Assembly (NCBI GenBank): GCA_947085205.1
Contig: CAMTVO010000014.1
Location: 17,946 to 81,945 of the forward strand
Reading direction: 5' to 3'
DNA from: an uncultured Nitrospiraceae bacterium
GTDB taxonomy: Bacteria > Nitrospirota > Thermodesulfovibrionia > Thermodesulfovibrionales > Dissulfurispiraceae
DNA length: 64,000 bases
This document shows positions 44,269-54,403 of the stretch, one piece after another. The notes beneath the pieces were generated by a model. The model was given only the letters and a program-made list of their open reading frames with translations, did not search any database and was not told the DNA's origin. Made by a program: the position numbers and the translations under genes. The first letter of the stretch is position 1. Each line of letters starts with the position of its first letter.

Positions 44269-46014
44269 TTATTTACTGCTCGTTTTAAATATGCTCCTCG
44301 AAACAACCGCAAGGTCAAGGATTAACACAACCTTTCCATCGCCTGTAATAGTAGCTCCAAGAATGCCGCAGGCTTCGGACTCTATACCGTTAATTGTCTT
44401 AATGACTACCTCCTCCTGACCTAACAACTCATCCACAGAAATGCAGAACCTCCTGTCTCCAACAGTGGCGACAAGGACATAATTGTTGTCATGTTCAACT
44501 TCAGACCTTCTTCTTACTCCTAAGACCTCTGACATCTCAAACAGTGGCAATACCCTGCCCCTTATGGTCAGCACCTTCTGCCCTGTTACATCCTTGATGT
44601 CGCTCTTTTTGACCCTGAGCGTCTCTTCTATCATTGACTGCGGTATTGCATAAAACTCGTCTCCGATTCTCACCATCATTGCCTGAAGTATTGCGAGCGT
44701 CAGAGGCAGGCTTATTCTGAATGTGCTTCCGACATCCCTTTTGGTCATTACTTCGACATATCCGTTCAGCTTTGCCACATTTGTTTTTACCACGTCCATT
44801 CCGACTCCGCGGCCGCTCAGTTCTGTAGAGACCTCTTTTGTAGAAAAGCCGGGCAGGAATATGAGATTGATTGCAGCATCGTCCGGCATCCTCTGCGCTT
44901 CATCTTCGGATATGAGGCCCTTTCCAATAGCCTTTCTCTTTACGGCCTCGACATCGATGCCTTTGCCGTCGTCGGATACCTCTATGACAATCTGGGTTCC
45001 CTTCTGATAGGCGCTTAAGATTATTCTCCCCTTCTTGGGCTTGCCTTTCATTTCCCGATCTTCCGCATACTCGATTGCGTGGTCTATGGAGTTTCTTATG
45101 ATATGCACAAGCGGATCGCCGATATTCTCTATCACCGTCTTATCCACTTCGGTATCCTCTCCGAACATTTCAAGATCTATATCCTTGCCGAGATTTCTCG
45201 ACATGTCTCTTACCATTCTGGGGAACTTGCCGAAGACCTTCTGGATGGGCTGCATCCTCATCTTCATTACGGCAAGCTGAAGATCTGACGTCATCCTGTC
45301 CAGAAAACCGGTGGTCTCAAGGAGACTTTCCACCTGCGGGTCCCCGGAATAGTTAAGTTCGAGTTTCGCGGCAAGGTTCAAGAGCCTGTTTCTGACAAGG
45401 ACTATTTCCCCGGCCAGGTCCATTACCTTATCTATCCTCGATACGTCAACCCTCAGCGTTGAGACTACTTCCTTCTCCTTTGTTATCTGCTGCACCTGCT
45501 CTTCTGCCGCAGGCTGTGGCTGAGGTTTGGGTTTAGGCTCAGGTTTCGGTGGCGGCATAATCTCGACACGGGGTTCGGGTTTAGGTTCAATCTTTATTTC
45601 AACCTTCTCAGGCGCCCCTCCTGCTAATGCCGTCTCCTGCGCAGAATCAAGCTCCCTTAAAAGGTCCGATGTATCTTCTTCTATGCCGTCTTTCAGCTTT
45701 ATATGAAATATCAGAAGCCTCAGTGTATCCACGCTCTTGAGTATTACATCCATCAATTCCCTCGAAAGCGCTATCTCGCCGTCGCGCAGCCTCTTCATTA
45801 TGCTCTCTGCCCTGTGGGCAACATCAACTATCAGCTGAAAACCAAGGAAACCGGCTGCACCTTTAAGGGTATGCATTCCGCGGAATATCTCATTGAGGAT
45901 ATCTTTGTCATATCCTTTGGTCTCCAACTCCACAAACATGGGGTCGATCTTTTCCAGAGTCTCTTCAGCCTCTGTAACAAATTCGCTTATAATCTCATCC
46001 ATCTCATCAGCCAT
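44269..46014 (-). CDS. cheA: Chemotaxis histidine kinase CheA
   Basis: Hpt (MHTLKGAAGFLG), dimerisation, HATPase (GRGVGMDVV) and C-terminal CheW-like domains. A Pro/Lys-rich linker (PKPEPKPKPQPQP) sits where a P2 domain would be. Confidence 0.95.
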   Translation of the reverse strand: MADEMDEIISEFVTEAEETLEKIDPMFVELETKGYDKDILNEIFRGMHTLKGAAGFLGFQLIVDVAHRAESIMKRLRDGEIALSRELMDVILKSVDTLRLLIFHIKLKDGIEEDTSDLLRELDSAQETALAGGAPEKVEIKIEPKPEPRVEIMPPPKPEPKPKPQPQPAAEEQVQQITKEKEVVSTLRVDVSRIDKVMDLAGEIVLVRNRLLNLAAKLELNYSGDPQVESLLETTGFLDRMTSDLQLAVMKMRMQPIQKVFGKFPRMVRDMSRNLGKDIDLEMFGEDTEVDKTVIENIGDPLVHIIRNSIDHAIEYAEDREMKGKPKKGRIILSAYQKGTQIVIEVSDDGKGIDVEAVKRKAIGKGLISEDEAQRMPDDAAINLIFLPGFSTKEVSTELSGRGVGMDVVKTNVAKLNGYVEVMTKRDVGSTFRISLPLTLAILQAMMVRIGDEFYAIPQSMIEETLRVKKSDIKDVTGQKVLTIRGRVLPLFEMSEVLGVRRRSEVEHDNNYVLVATVGDRRFCISVDELLGQEEVVIKTINGIESEACGILGATITGDGKVVLILDLAVVSRSIFKTSSK

Positions 46015-46016
46015 TT

Positions 46017-46424
46017 TTATCCCCCTGCCTTCAAAGATGTTTTCTTGTCCGCTATCTTTTCGAGTTTCTCTTTCAGCACCTCGGCTGTAAACGGCTTGAC
46101 GATATAATTATCAACGCCTGCCTTAATCGCTTCAATAACCTTCTCCTTCTCAGCCTCGGCAGTTACCATGAGAAACGGTATATCCTTCAACGGTTCAGCC
46201 TCCTGCCTGATAGTTCTGAGGAGGTCTATACCCTCCATATTAGGCATGTTCCAGTCAGATACAACAAGCCCGTAATTTCCGCTCCTAAGCTTGTTAAGCG
46301 CCTGTGTGCCATCCTCTGCCTCATCTATATTTTCAAAACCTATCTGTTTTAATAGGTTTTTGATTATCCTTCTCATAGTCGGGAAGTCGTCAACCACAAG
46401 CACCTTGATGCCAAAATTAAACAT
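46017..46424 (-). CDS. cheY: Chemotaxis response regulator CheY
   Basis: [28 protein letters not shown] motifs. ATG 46424 with SD GGAGGTGA preferred over upstream GTG 46433. Confidence 0.9.
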   Translation of the reverse strand: MFNFGIKVLVVDDFPTMRRIIKNLLKQIGFENIDEAEDGTQALNKLRSGNYGLVVSDWNMPNMEGIDLLRTIRQEAEPLKDIPFLMVTAEAEKEKVIEAIKAGVDNYIVKPFTAEVLKEKLEKIADKKTSLKAGG

Positions 46425-46809
46425 TACCCTCACCTCCAGAGCTAAATATCTTTTTAAGAATCTTTTTTATGCTGTCATTTATCTGGTCTGCGTTCGTAGG
46501 TTTGACTAAATAATCATCGGCGCCTGCCTCAAACGCCCTTTTTTTCTCATCCTCATCCGCCTCGGTAGTAACCATAACAATAGGAATGCTGCTTAGAATC
46601 GGGTCTGATTTCAAGTTTTTTGTAAACTCTATGCCGTCCATATAAGGCATATTCATATCGGTAAGAATAAAATTGATATTCTCTGTTCCGACTTTTTCCA
46701 TTGCATCAAGTCCGTTTTCTGCTGTTACCACCTCGTATCCCTTCCCCTTGAGATATAAACTTAGCAGCTTTCTTGTAGTTTTGTCATCGTCAACAACCAA
46801 TATCTTCAT
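46417..46809 (-). CDS. CheY-like single-domain response regulator (second copy)
   Basis: [28 protein letters not shown] motifs. SD AGGAGG. Confidence 0.85.
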   Translation of the reverse strand: MKILVVDDDKTTRKLLSLYLKGKGYEVVTAENGLDAMEKVGTENINFILTDMNMPYMDGIEFTKNLKSDPILSSIPIVMVTTEADEDEKKRAFEAGADDYLVKPTNADQINDSIKKILKKIFSSGGEGNV

Positions 46810-46828
46810 CTATAACCTCCTGAGACCT

Positions 46829-47659
46829 TTATACCTTCTGATAGACAATAACTTTATTAATAACAACAGGTCTGAAAGCCCTCGTCACATTGTGAAGACT
46901 CTCAGACGTACCCACAAACAAATAACCGTTAGGCCTTAATGCATCGTATAAGTTGGAAACAGCCTTCTGTTTTGCCTTATCATCAAAGTATATGAGAACA
47001 TTCCTGCAGAATATTACATCGGCTCCGCGCATTGTCCTGACATCTTTATCATCGATGAGGTTAATCCTCATAAATTTGGTTATGGATTTTACGCTATGTG
47101 ATATGGAATACTGCTGATTGGCATTAGTGAAATATTTTTTTAAATATGCATCCGGGATATTTCTGATCGCATAAGAACCATAGACGCCTGACTTTGCAGA
47201 GCTCAAAACAGATTCGCTTATATCCGAGGCATATATCTCTTTTCTAATCATGGTAGCTTCAGGCTTCTCAAGGAGTATCATTGCAATCGTATAAGCCTCT
47301 TCTCCTGTTGAAGCAGCTGCAGACCATATCTTTATGTCTTTGCGGCCTGCTTTGGCATTTTCAGCTAACATACGGTTAAAGATCTCTCCTCCAAAAACAT
47401 CGAACTGCTGCGGCTCCCTGAAAAAAAAGGTCTCATTTGTGGTAACTAAATTAAACAATATGTCCTGTTCATTCTTATCCGCGCTGTATTTCAGGATGTA
47501 AAGGTAATCCTCGTATCCTTTCAGGTTCTTTTCCTGAACTCTTCTTCCGAGCCTGTTTTCCAGAAAATATTTCTTGTTGTCCGGAATGAAGATGCCGCTC
47601 CTCTCGTATATAAAATCCCTCAGTTGTTTGAAAATATCGTCTGTCATCAATAAACTCAT
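46829..47659 (-). CDS. cheR: Chemotaxis protein methyltransferase CheR
   Basis: TTNETFFFRE, IWSAAASTGEE, IFCRNVLIYFD motifs. ATGA overlap with the upstream HEAT gene. Confidence 0.95.
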   Translation of the reverse strand: MSLLMTDDIFKQLRDFIYERSGIFIPDNKKYFLENRLGRRVQEKNLKGYEDYLYILKYSADKNEQDILFNLVTTNETFFFREPQQFDVFGGEIFNRMLAENAKAGRKDIKIWSAAASTGEEAYTIAMILLEKPEATMIRKEIYASDISESVLSSAKSGVYGSYAIRNIPDAYLKKYFTNANQQYSISHSVKSITKFMRINLIDDKDVRTMRGADVIFCRNVLIYFDDKAKQKAVSNLYDALRPNGYLFVGTSESLHNVTRAFRPVVINKVIVYQKV

Positions 47660-49503
47660 AGAGAGTTTAATGCCTCCTTTATCTTATCTCTCACATCAGC
47701 ATTCGGATGCTCCTCGTGAGCAGCCAATGCCTCATATGCGGCACTTCCGCCTATCTCCTTGATAGCATCTATTGCGGACATGACAACAGGGATAAATTCG
47801 TCGTGCAGCATCGTGCTTATCATGCTTATGGCCTTTTCCCTTTCGCAGGAAAACGCTATCGCCTTAATGGTATAAAACCTTACCCATGGGTCGTCATCCT
47901 GAAGCGCATTGAAAAGCTCCGCTGAGCAGTATCTCGCTTCTCCGAGTCCTACGACAGAGGCCTTTCTTATATCGGCGTCTGCGTCTCCTAAAAACCAGAT
48001 AAGCCTCGATACCGCTTTGTCCGTGCCGAGCCGGCCAAGGCCGTATATTGCGGCAATCTTCACCTTTTTATTCGGGTCGTCGGCAAGGCTTAGAAGAATA
48101 TCCACATCAAACACGGTCTTTGCTATCACTTCCCTTACTGTATCGCGATACCTCGAAATATTCGACAGAAATGCTCCGGCGTCTATCTTTATCAGGGCCT
48201 CAACAATCTTTTCAATAACATCGTAATATTTCTCGACCTCCAATAAATCCATCAGCGGCTTAAATGCATCCTGCGACTGTATGTTTCCGAGAGCCTCTAT
48301 GGCAGAGCGTCTGACATGGGCATCCACATCCTTTACTGAAATCTCAAGCAGATACTCTGTAGGTGCTGGCTCTCTTATTTCCCCGAGGGCTTCTGCAGAC
48401 GCCCTCCGGAGGTCCCTGCTGATGTCTGTCAGATAGTTGAGCAATCTCGATACGGCCTTTTTGCTCCTTGTAGTTCCGAGTATTTCTATGGCGAATGATT
48501 TTCCCCTGTATTTCATGTCGGGAGACTCCAGAAGCTTCAGCAGCTCTTCTTCAGAATCCATAGCGCTTACAGCGTCCATTAACAAGGTTATTCTTTCTTC
48601 GCTTTCGGGCAATGATGGATCAAGAGAGCCGGCAATATCAACTATCACAGGAACTGCCTCTCTGCAATTGAAGGAAACAATGCCCTTCAATGCTATTTCC
48701 TTTTCCTCCCAATCACCCTCTTTGAGCATCTTTATGAGGTGTCCTGACAAATCAGCCATTTCAGGGGTAATTCCTATCTGAATCAGGCTTTTTATGGCTG
48801 CATTTCCTTCATCTTCCGATGCCTTCGGCAAATATGACAGAAGCGCATCCACAGCCTTTTCAGAGCCGAGTTTTCCAAGTGTTTCGATAGCAGCGAAACG
48901 GACTGCTTCAGATGAATTAGAAAGCAGGGATGCTATATCGCTTACAGCCTCCTCAGCCTTTAACTCTCCGAGTGCATCCAGGGCAGAAAAACACACCCAC
49001 TCTTCATCTTTAAGGGCCTTTATTAATTCTGGAATAGCCTCCCTGTACCCCAATAAGCCAAGGCTTTTTGCAGCAGTAGCCCTTACATTTGCATTCGGGT
49101 CTTTAAGAAAAGGTACAATTTTAGAGGGCTCAACTCCTTTCTTTATATCCCCCATAAGGTCAATAGCAAACTTCCTTACATCATCATCCTTGTCCTCTAA
49201 TAATGGATAAAGAAGGGGAATCACAATTTCTCCCAGCGCCGTAAGAATAATCAAAGCAGTATTTCTGAGATAGGAGTTTTCCCTCAATAACGGCAATACC
49301 ATGTAACCGACAACCTCTCCGCCTATGGTAATGAGAGAGCGCATAGAAGCGTCCTGAACGCCTGCATTTTCATCGCTCAGCGCCTTAATAAGCGGGAATA
49401 TCGCCCGCTCGTCACCTTCCGATAACTCTTCCGCTGCCCTCCTTCTGAGAGAAGGATCTTTATCGCTGAGTCTCTGAATCAGCTTTTTAATATTCTTGAC
49501 CAT
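47656..49503 (-). CDS. HEAT-repeat (PBS-lyase-type) protein, 615 aa
   Basis: More than 12 repeats of the pattern D.D..VR..A..ALG.IG...A...L. First gene after a sigma70-like promoter. Confidence 0.8.
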   Translation of the reverse strand: MVKNIKKLIQRLSDKDPSLRRRAAEELSEGDERAIFPLIKALSDENAGVQDASMRSLITIGGEVVGYMVLPLLRENSYLRNTALIILTALGEIVIPLLYPLLEDKDDDVRKFAIDLMGDIKKGVEPSKIVPFLKDPNANVRATAAKSLGLLGYREAIPELIKALKDEEWVCFSALDALGELKAEEAVSDIASLLSNSSEAVRFAAIETLGKLGSEKAVDALLSYLPKASEDEGNAAIKSLIQIGITPEMADLSGHLIKMLKEGDWEEKEIALKGIVSFNCREAVPVIVDIAGSLDPSLPESEERITLLMDAVSAMDSEEELLKLLESPDMKYRGKSFAIEILGTTRSKKAVSRLLNYLTDISRDLRRASAEALGEIREPAPTEYLLEISVKDVDAHVRRSAIEALGNIQSQDAFKPLMDLLEVEKYYDVIEKIVEALIKIDAGAFLSNISRYRDTVREVIAKTVFDVDILLSLADDPNKKVKIAAIYGLGRLGTDKAVSRLIWFLGDADADIRKASVVGLGEARYCSAELFNALQDDDPWVRFYTIKAIAFSCEREKAISMISTMLHDEFIPVVMSAIDAIKEIGGSAAYEALAAHEEHPNADVRDKIKEALNSL

Positions 49504-49550
49504 TTAATACCCCCTAAAGACAGTAGCAAGCAATGAAATAAAACTTAATT

Positions 49551-49579
49551 ATTATAATGCCTTGCTAAGACTAATTCAA
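49551..49579 (-). promoter_or_regulatory. Sigma70-like promoter upstream of the HEAT-cheR-cheY-cheA operon
   Basis: Minus strand reads TTGAAT-N17-TATAAT. The -10 element ends ~47 nt upstream of ATG 49503. Confidence 0.5.
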
Positions 49580-49612
49580 TGTAACATACTTGTTAAACTT
49601 AACCGCACGTCC

Positions 49613-50368
49613 TTATGCGTTCCCATCCCTGAATTGCTCCATTTTATTTCTAAGTTTAATAAGGACCTTTCCATGCAGCTGACAAACCCTCGACTCGCTT
49701 ATGTCCAGAATCTTTCCTATCTCCTTCATTGTGAGTTCTTCAAAATAATAAAGCGTTACCACAAGCCTTTCCTTCTCCGGGAGTCCATCTATGGCATTTC
49801 CAAGTGCAGACCTCAATTCCTTCAGGTTCAATTCATCCAGCATGTCCCTCTCGTCCTCCCTCGATATGCATTCAAGGATGTCGAGGGTTTCTCCGTCTTT
49901 GCCGACGCCTAAATCCTCGAGGCATATCATATTCATGGTGTTGACTGTAGAAAGGGTCTTATAAAGTTCATCAAGTGTTATATTCAGCTTCTCGGCAACC
50001 TCCTCATCAGTGGCTATCCTGTTAAGGCTTTTTTCGAGCTCTGAATAAGTATTCCTTACCTCTTCCAGCTTCTTCCTTGCATCCTTTGATGCCCACTGCA
50101 TGGAGCGAATCTCGTCAATTATTGCTCCCCTTATCCTGAAGTCCGCAAAGGTGCTGAGAGTAGCGTTCATAGAAGGGTCGTATCTTTCTATTGCCTCTAA
50201 AAGCCCGACTATTCCGGCTGATACTAAATCTTCTATACTCAACTCAGGAGGCAGGTAGAACGCATATTTGCCTGCATAATACTTTATCCTCGGCAGGAAC
50301 TGTTCGACTATCTTTTCTTTTTGCTTCTGGGATATTCTTTGTTTTCGGGCTAATTTCTTCATCAGCAT
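49613..50368 (-). CDS. fliA: Flagellar sigma factor FliA (sigma-28)
   Basis: Sigma70 regions 2, 3 and 4 (DLVSAGIVGLLEAIERYD, LYYFEELTMKEIGKILDISESRVCQLH). Follows flhF-flhG. Confidence 0.9.
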   Translation of the reverse strand: MLMKKLARKQRISQKQKEKIVEQFLPRIKYYAGKYAFYLPPELSIEDLVSAGIVGLLEAIERYDPSMNATLSTFADFRIRGAIIDEIRSMQWASKDARKKLEEVRNTYSELEKSLNRIATDEEVAEKLNITLDELYKTLSTVNTMNMICLEDLGVGKDGETLDILECISREDERDMLDELNLKELRSALGNAIDGLPEKERLVVTLYYFEELTMKEIGKILDISESRVCQLHGKVLIKLRNKMEQFRDGNA

Positions 50369-50440
50369 TATAGCGTTTTTACAAATTCTAACATTTTATC
50401 TCTTTCAACTCAACGCTATAACTCTATAACGCTATAACGC
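50367..50440. repeat. TATAACGC/TATAACTC array with a short inverted partner, fliA|flhG spacer
   Basis: Left arm 50367-50377. Right array 50412-50440. Confidence 0.75.
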
Positions 50441-50453
50441 CTCACGCTGTGCA

Positions 50454-51272
50454 TTATCCCACTCTCAGCGCCTTTTTCAAAAAGAACTGTATATTGCCCT
50501 TTACTTCATCGAGCGGGTTATCGAGCACTTTTTTGGCTATGGCTGCAAGTTTTTTTGTAAAGTTGCTGTTCGGATACATGGCTATAAAGCCTTTCTGAGC
50601 GATAATCGCATCCTTTACATGCTGGTCAAAGGGCAGATAGCCGAGATAATCTATGGAAAGATTCAGGAACTTATCCGCCACTATTGCCAGTTTTCTGAAG
50701 GTGTCGAAAGCCTCTTTCTCGGAGCGCGCCGTATTTACGAGAATCCTGAAATGTCTTTCGCTGAAATCCCGTGAAAGCACCTTTATCAAGGCATAGGCGT
50801 CCGCTATGGATGTAGGCTCCGGCGTTACGATAACTATCGTCTCCTGAGCGGCGCTGCAAAAGAACAGCACATTGTCGGATATGCCTGCGCCGGTGTCGAT
50901 GAGAAATATATCGAAAGACATATCGAAGTCATCCAGCTCCGAAACGAGCTTAAGCCTGTGCCTGTCCGTTAGATTCGTAAGCTCCCTGATGCCTGAGCTT
51001 GCCGGAAGAATCATTATCCCCAACGGCCCTGTAACGATAATATCCTTTATCCTCTTTTCTCCTAACAGCACATGCTTTAGATTGTATTTAGGCGCTATCC
51101 CGAATAAAACATCTATATTGCTCAGCCCGAGGTCTGCATCGAGTATAAGCACCCTTTTGTTAAGGCTTGCATAGAAGAGAGCGAGATTGGCGACAAAGTT
51201 CGTCTTTCCGACTCCTCCTTTTCCGCTCGAGACTGCTATTATTCTGGGACCTCCATTATTGTTAATAGTCAT
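50454..51272 (-). CDS. flhG: MinD/ParA-type ATPase FlhG (flagellar number regulator)
   Basis: Deviant Walker A SGKGGVGKT, ILDADLGL. Positioned between flhF and fliA. Confidence 0.9.
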   Translation of the reverse strand: MTINNNGGPRIIAVSSGKGGVGKTNFVANLALFYASLNKRVLILDADLGLSNIDVLFGIAPKYNLKHVLLGEKRIKDIIVTGPLGIMILPASSGIRELTNLTDRHRLKLVSELDDFDMSFDIFLIDTGAGISDNVLFFCSAAQETIVIVTPEPTSIADAYALIKVLSRDFSERHFRILVNTARSEKEAFDTFRKLAIVADKFLNLSIDYLGYLPFDQHVKDAIIAQKGFIAMYPNSNFTKKLAAIAKKVLDNPLDEVKGNIQFFLKKALRVG

Positions 51273-52315
51273 TAAACACCTCCGACTATAATGCCTGCAA
51301 GAAATTCGGGTGTAGGAATCCTTATGTCATCAGGGACATCCGGGCCTGTGGCTACAAAGGAAAGCGGACGGCTTGTAAGAAGTGAAAGATTATAAAGGCT
51401 TCCAAACTGCGTAGCCATATCCAGCTTTGTAAAGCCTATCGAGTCAATCATATCGGAATTGCAGCTCTGCCATGCCTTAAGGGCAGCATGTGTATCCATA
51501 GAGGCATCCATCAGGAAGCATTTCTTTACGGGGAAGCCTGACGGGAATATCTCTTTTATGTCTTTTAGTATCTCCTTGTATTCGTAGCCCGGCGTATCAA
51601 TAAGTATAGGCCCTCTACCCATCTCCCTGTACACAATCTTAGGCAAATCGCTTACCTTTCTTATAACTTTCAAAGGAGACTTCAACTGCTTCGAGAGCTC
51701 CTTCATATATGCTATGGAGCCTATCCTGTTGTCATCGAGAGAAATGAGATTCACATTCTTCTTCTTCGATGTGAGCAAATGGGCTACCTTTGACATTGTT
51801 GTAGTTTTACCCACGCCGGGAGGGCCGAAGAATATAATTCCGCTTTCCTCTGCCGGCAGCATTCCCTGTATCTTCAGGTCATTCTTGATAACACCCTTTA
51901 GGCTGTCCAGAGAATCCTGAGCCCTTTCGAGCAAGATTATGGCGAATTGCATATCAACGCCCTGCTTTATAAGAAGGTTGAATAAGCCCTTTTTATCCTT
52001 TCCAACCCTGAGGCTCGGCACTATGGGTTTTAATGTCTCTTTGAGAAAACCCATCTCATCCCTGAGTCCTCTTATCTCTTTCAGTATCTCCTCAAACTCA
52101 AAAGATACGGTCTTAGCAGCGGTAGATATGTTTGTTGATACATCTCCGGATTCATCGATGGCGGCAGTTACCTCAACAGCATCCTTGTTGACTATGCCGA
52201 ACAGCCCTGTCTTAACAGACTTGCTCGAAAGAATTATCGCATCGGGTCCGAGTTCCTTTTTCACCGTCTCAAGGGCTTCCTTAAAGCTCTTGCCGACAAA
52301 TTTCTTAATCTTCAT
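51272..52315 (-). CDS. flhF: SRP-type GTPase FlhF
   Basis: GPPGVGKTTT, DTPG, TKLD G-motifs. SD AAGGAGG. Confidence 0.9.
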   Translation of the reverse strand: MKIKKFVGKSFKEALETVKKELGPDAIILSSKSVKTGLFGIVNKDAVEVTAAIDESGDVSTNISTAAKTVSFEFEEILKEIRGLRDEMGFLKETLKPIVPSLRVGKDKKGLFNLLIKQGVDMQFAIILLERAQDSLDSLKGVIKNDLKIQGMLPAEESGIIFFGPPGVGKTTTMSKVAHLLTSKKKNVNLISLDDNRIGSIAYMKELSKQLKSPLKVIRKVSDLPKIVYREMGRGPILIDTPGYEYKEILKDIKEIFPSGFPVKKCFLMDASMDTHAALKAWQSCNSDMIDSIGFTKLDMATQFGSLYNLSLLTSRPLSFVATGPDVPDDIRIPTPEFLAGIIVGGV

Positions 52316-52348
52316 TTAGCCGCCCTCCTTGAACAATTTTTAAACAAT

Positions 52349-54394
52349 CTATTCAACCTTCACCGTTCCTATGGAATAGACCTTTGTATTCGGCGCTATC
52401 TCTCCATGAGAGACAACCATAATGCTGTTGGAAACGCGCTCTGTCAGTTTTTTCACGAATCTCCTTATCGCAGGAGAACATATAAGCACAGGCTGATACC
52501 CTTTCATAACGCCCTCTTCAAAATTCTTCCTTATGCCATCGATGACTTTTTCTGTTGTAACCGGATCGAGAGCAAGATACGAGCCCTGCGGCGTGGTCTG
52601 CACCGCTTCAATGATCAGCCTCTCCGTCCTCGGGTCTATCAGCATCACGGATATAGAGCCGTCGGGATTCTGTATCTGTTTTGTTATGCTCCTGGCCAAC
52701 GACTGCCGCACATACTCGGTAAGAAAATCCGGGTCTTTTGTGATACTCGCATAATCGGATAATGTCTCAAGAATTGTCTGGAGGTCTCTTATACAGACCC
52801 TTTCCCTCAGCAGGTTCTGCAGCGCCTTCTGTACAGCGCTTAAATTCAGCAATCCAGGAATCAAATCTTCCACTACCTTCGGATGCGTCTTTGAGAGGTT
52901 ATCGAGCAATTTCTGGGCATCCTGCTTACCTAACAGCTCATGCGCATGATTTCTTATAACCTCAGTAAGATGAGTTGTAATAACAGACGGGACATCCACG
53001 ACAGTGTAGCCCGCAAGCTGCGCCCTGTCCATATCCCTCTCATCTATCCATAAGGCAGGCAGCCCGAAGGTCGGGTCTTTAGTCGGCAATCCTTCTATTT
53101 TAGTCTTCTCGGCTCCTGAAGAAATAGCAAGATACTTATTGACCATTACCTCAGCGGATGATACCTCTATACCTTTTATGAGGATGGAGTATTGCATCGG
53201 CTTCAAAGACAAATTGTCTTTTATATGAACAGGAGGCACTATAAATCCCATCTCGGTCACTATCTGCTTTCTTATTGCCTTAATCCTCGCCAAAAGCGGG
53301 CCTCTTTCTTCCACAAGAGGAATAAGTCCGTAGCCGATTTCTAAAGAGAGCGGATCAAGGGGCAATAATGACTCAAGGGTTTCAGCAGGCCTTGCCTCCT
53401 CAACCGGTGCAGGAGCAGCCTCCTCCTCTTTCTTGGCTGCCTTGCTTAAGAAATAAGCGCCTGTACCGGTAATAGCGGCAAGCGTCAGGAAAGACAGATG
53501 CGGCAGTCCCGGAATAAGACCGAAAAAGGCGAGTATGCCTGCTGTTGTTCCCATCACCTTTGGATTCACAAATAACTGCTTAACCGCCTCAGCGCCTAAA
53601 TTTGCCTCTGATGCCGCGCGTGTCACAACAAGACCTGCTGCCGTTGATGTAACAAGGGCAGGTATCTGGGCAACGAGTCCGTCGCCCACTGTAAGTATTG
53701 TATAGGTCTTTGCAGCCTCGGCTATTGGCATACCCTTTTGCAGGACTCCGATAAGAAAACCGCCTATGATATTGATGACCATTATGACTATCCCTGCTAT
53801 GGCATCGCCCCTCACAAATTTGCTCGCACCGTCCATTGCTCCGTAAAAGTCGGCCTCCCTGCTTATCTCCTGCCTCCTCCTCCTCGCCTCCGACTCATCC
53901 ACCAGTCCTGCATTTAGGTCTGCGTCTATGCTCATCTGTTTGCCCGGCATTGCATCGAGCGTAAACCTTGCCGAAACCTCTGCAATCCTTCCGGCGCCTT
54001 TTGTTATGACTATGAAATTAATCAGAATCAGTATTGAAAATATTATAAAGCCGACCACAAAATTACCGCCGACAACAAATTCACCGAAGGACTTGATGAC
54101 CTTTCCTGCTGCCTCGGTGCCTTCGTGTCCCCTCATGAGTATCAGCCTTGTGGATGCTATGTTCAGAGAAAGCCTGAGGAGTGTCGCTATCAAAATAATA
54201 GAAGGGAACACAGAAAAATCGAGGGGTTTATAGATATAGGCAGAGACAAGAATTATCACAATAGCGAGTGTAATGCTGAAAGACAGCGACAGGTCGAGCA
54301 GTATTGGCGGAATAGGTATTATCATTAATCCGAGTATTAATACAACGCCCAATGCAAGCACAAAGTCGCTATGTCTCAAAAGCCTGTCAAGCAT
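52349..54394 (-). CDS. flhA: Flagellar type III export protein FlhA
   Basis: Full-length FlhA (FPS.ILI.TL.RL.LN.A.TRLIL, FVRGDAIAG, cytoplasmic domain). Confidence 0.97.
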   Translation of the reverse strand: MLDRLLRHSDFVLALGVVLILGLMIIPIPPILLDLSLSFSITLAIVIILVSAYIYKPLDFSVFPSIILIATLLRLSLNIASTRLILMRGHEGTEAAGKVIKSFGEFVVGGNFVVGFIIFSILILINFIVITKGAGRIAEVSARFTLDAMPGKQMSIDADLNAGLVDESEARRRRQEISREADFYGAMDGASKFVRGDAIAGIVIMVINIIGGFLIGVLQKGMPIAEAAKTYTILTVGDGLVAQIPALVTSTAAGLVVTRAASEANLGAEAVKQLFVNPKVMGTTAGILAFFGLIPGLPHLSFLTLAAITGTGAYFLSKAAKKEEEAAPAPVEEARPAETLESLLPLDPLSLEIGYGLIPLVEERGPLLARIKAIRKQIVTEMGFIVPPVHIKDNLSLKPMQYSILIKGIEVSSAEVMVNKYLAISSGAEKTKIEGLPTKDPTFGLPALWIDERDMDRAQLAGYTVVDVPSVITTHLTEVIRNHAHELLGKQDAQKLLDNLSKTHPKVVEDLIPGLLNLSAVQKALQNLLRERVCIRDLQTILETLSDYASITKDPDFLTEYVRQSLARSITKQIQNPDGSISVMLIDPRTERLIIEAVQTTPQGSYLALDPVTTEKVIDGIRKNFEEGVMKGYQPVLICSPAIRRFVKKLTERVSNSIMVVSHGEIAPNTKVYSIGTVKVE

Positions 54395-54403
54395 AAATCT
54401 CTC

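Noticed and set aside
46425-46433. Upstream GTG start for cheY
   Set aside because: ATG 46424 is preceded by GGAGGTGA at good spacing, and the extension adds non-conserved residues.
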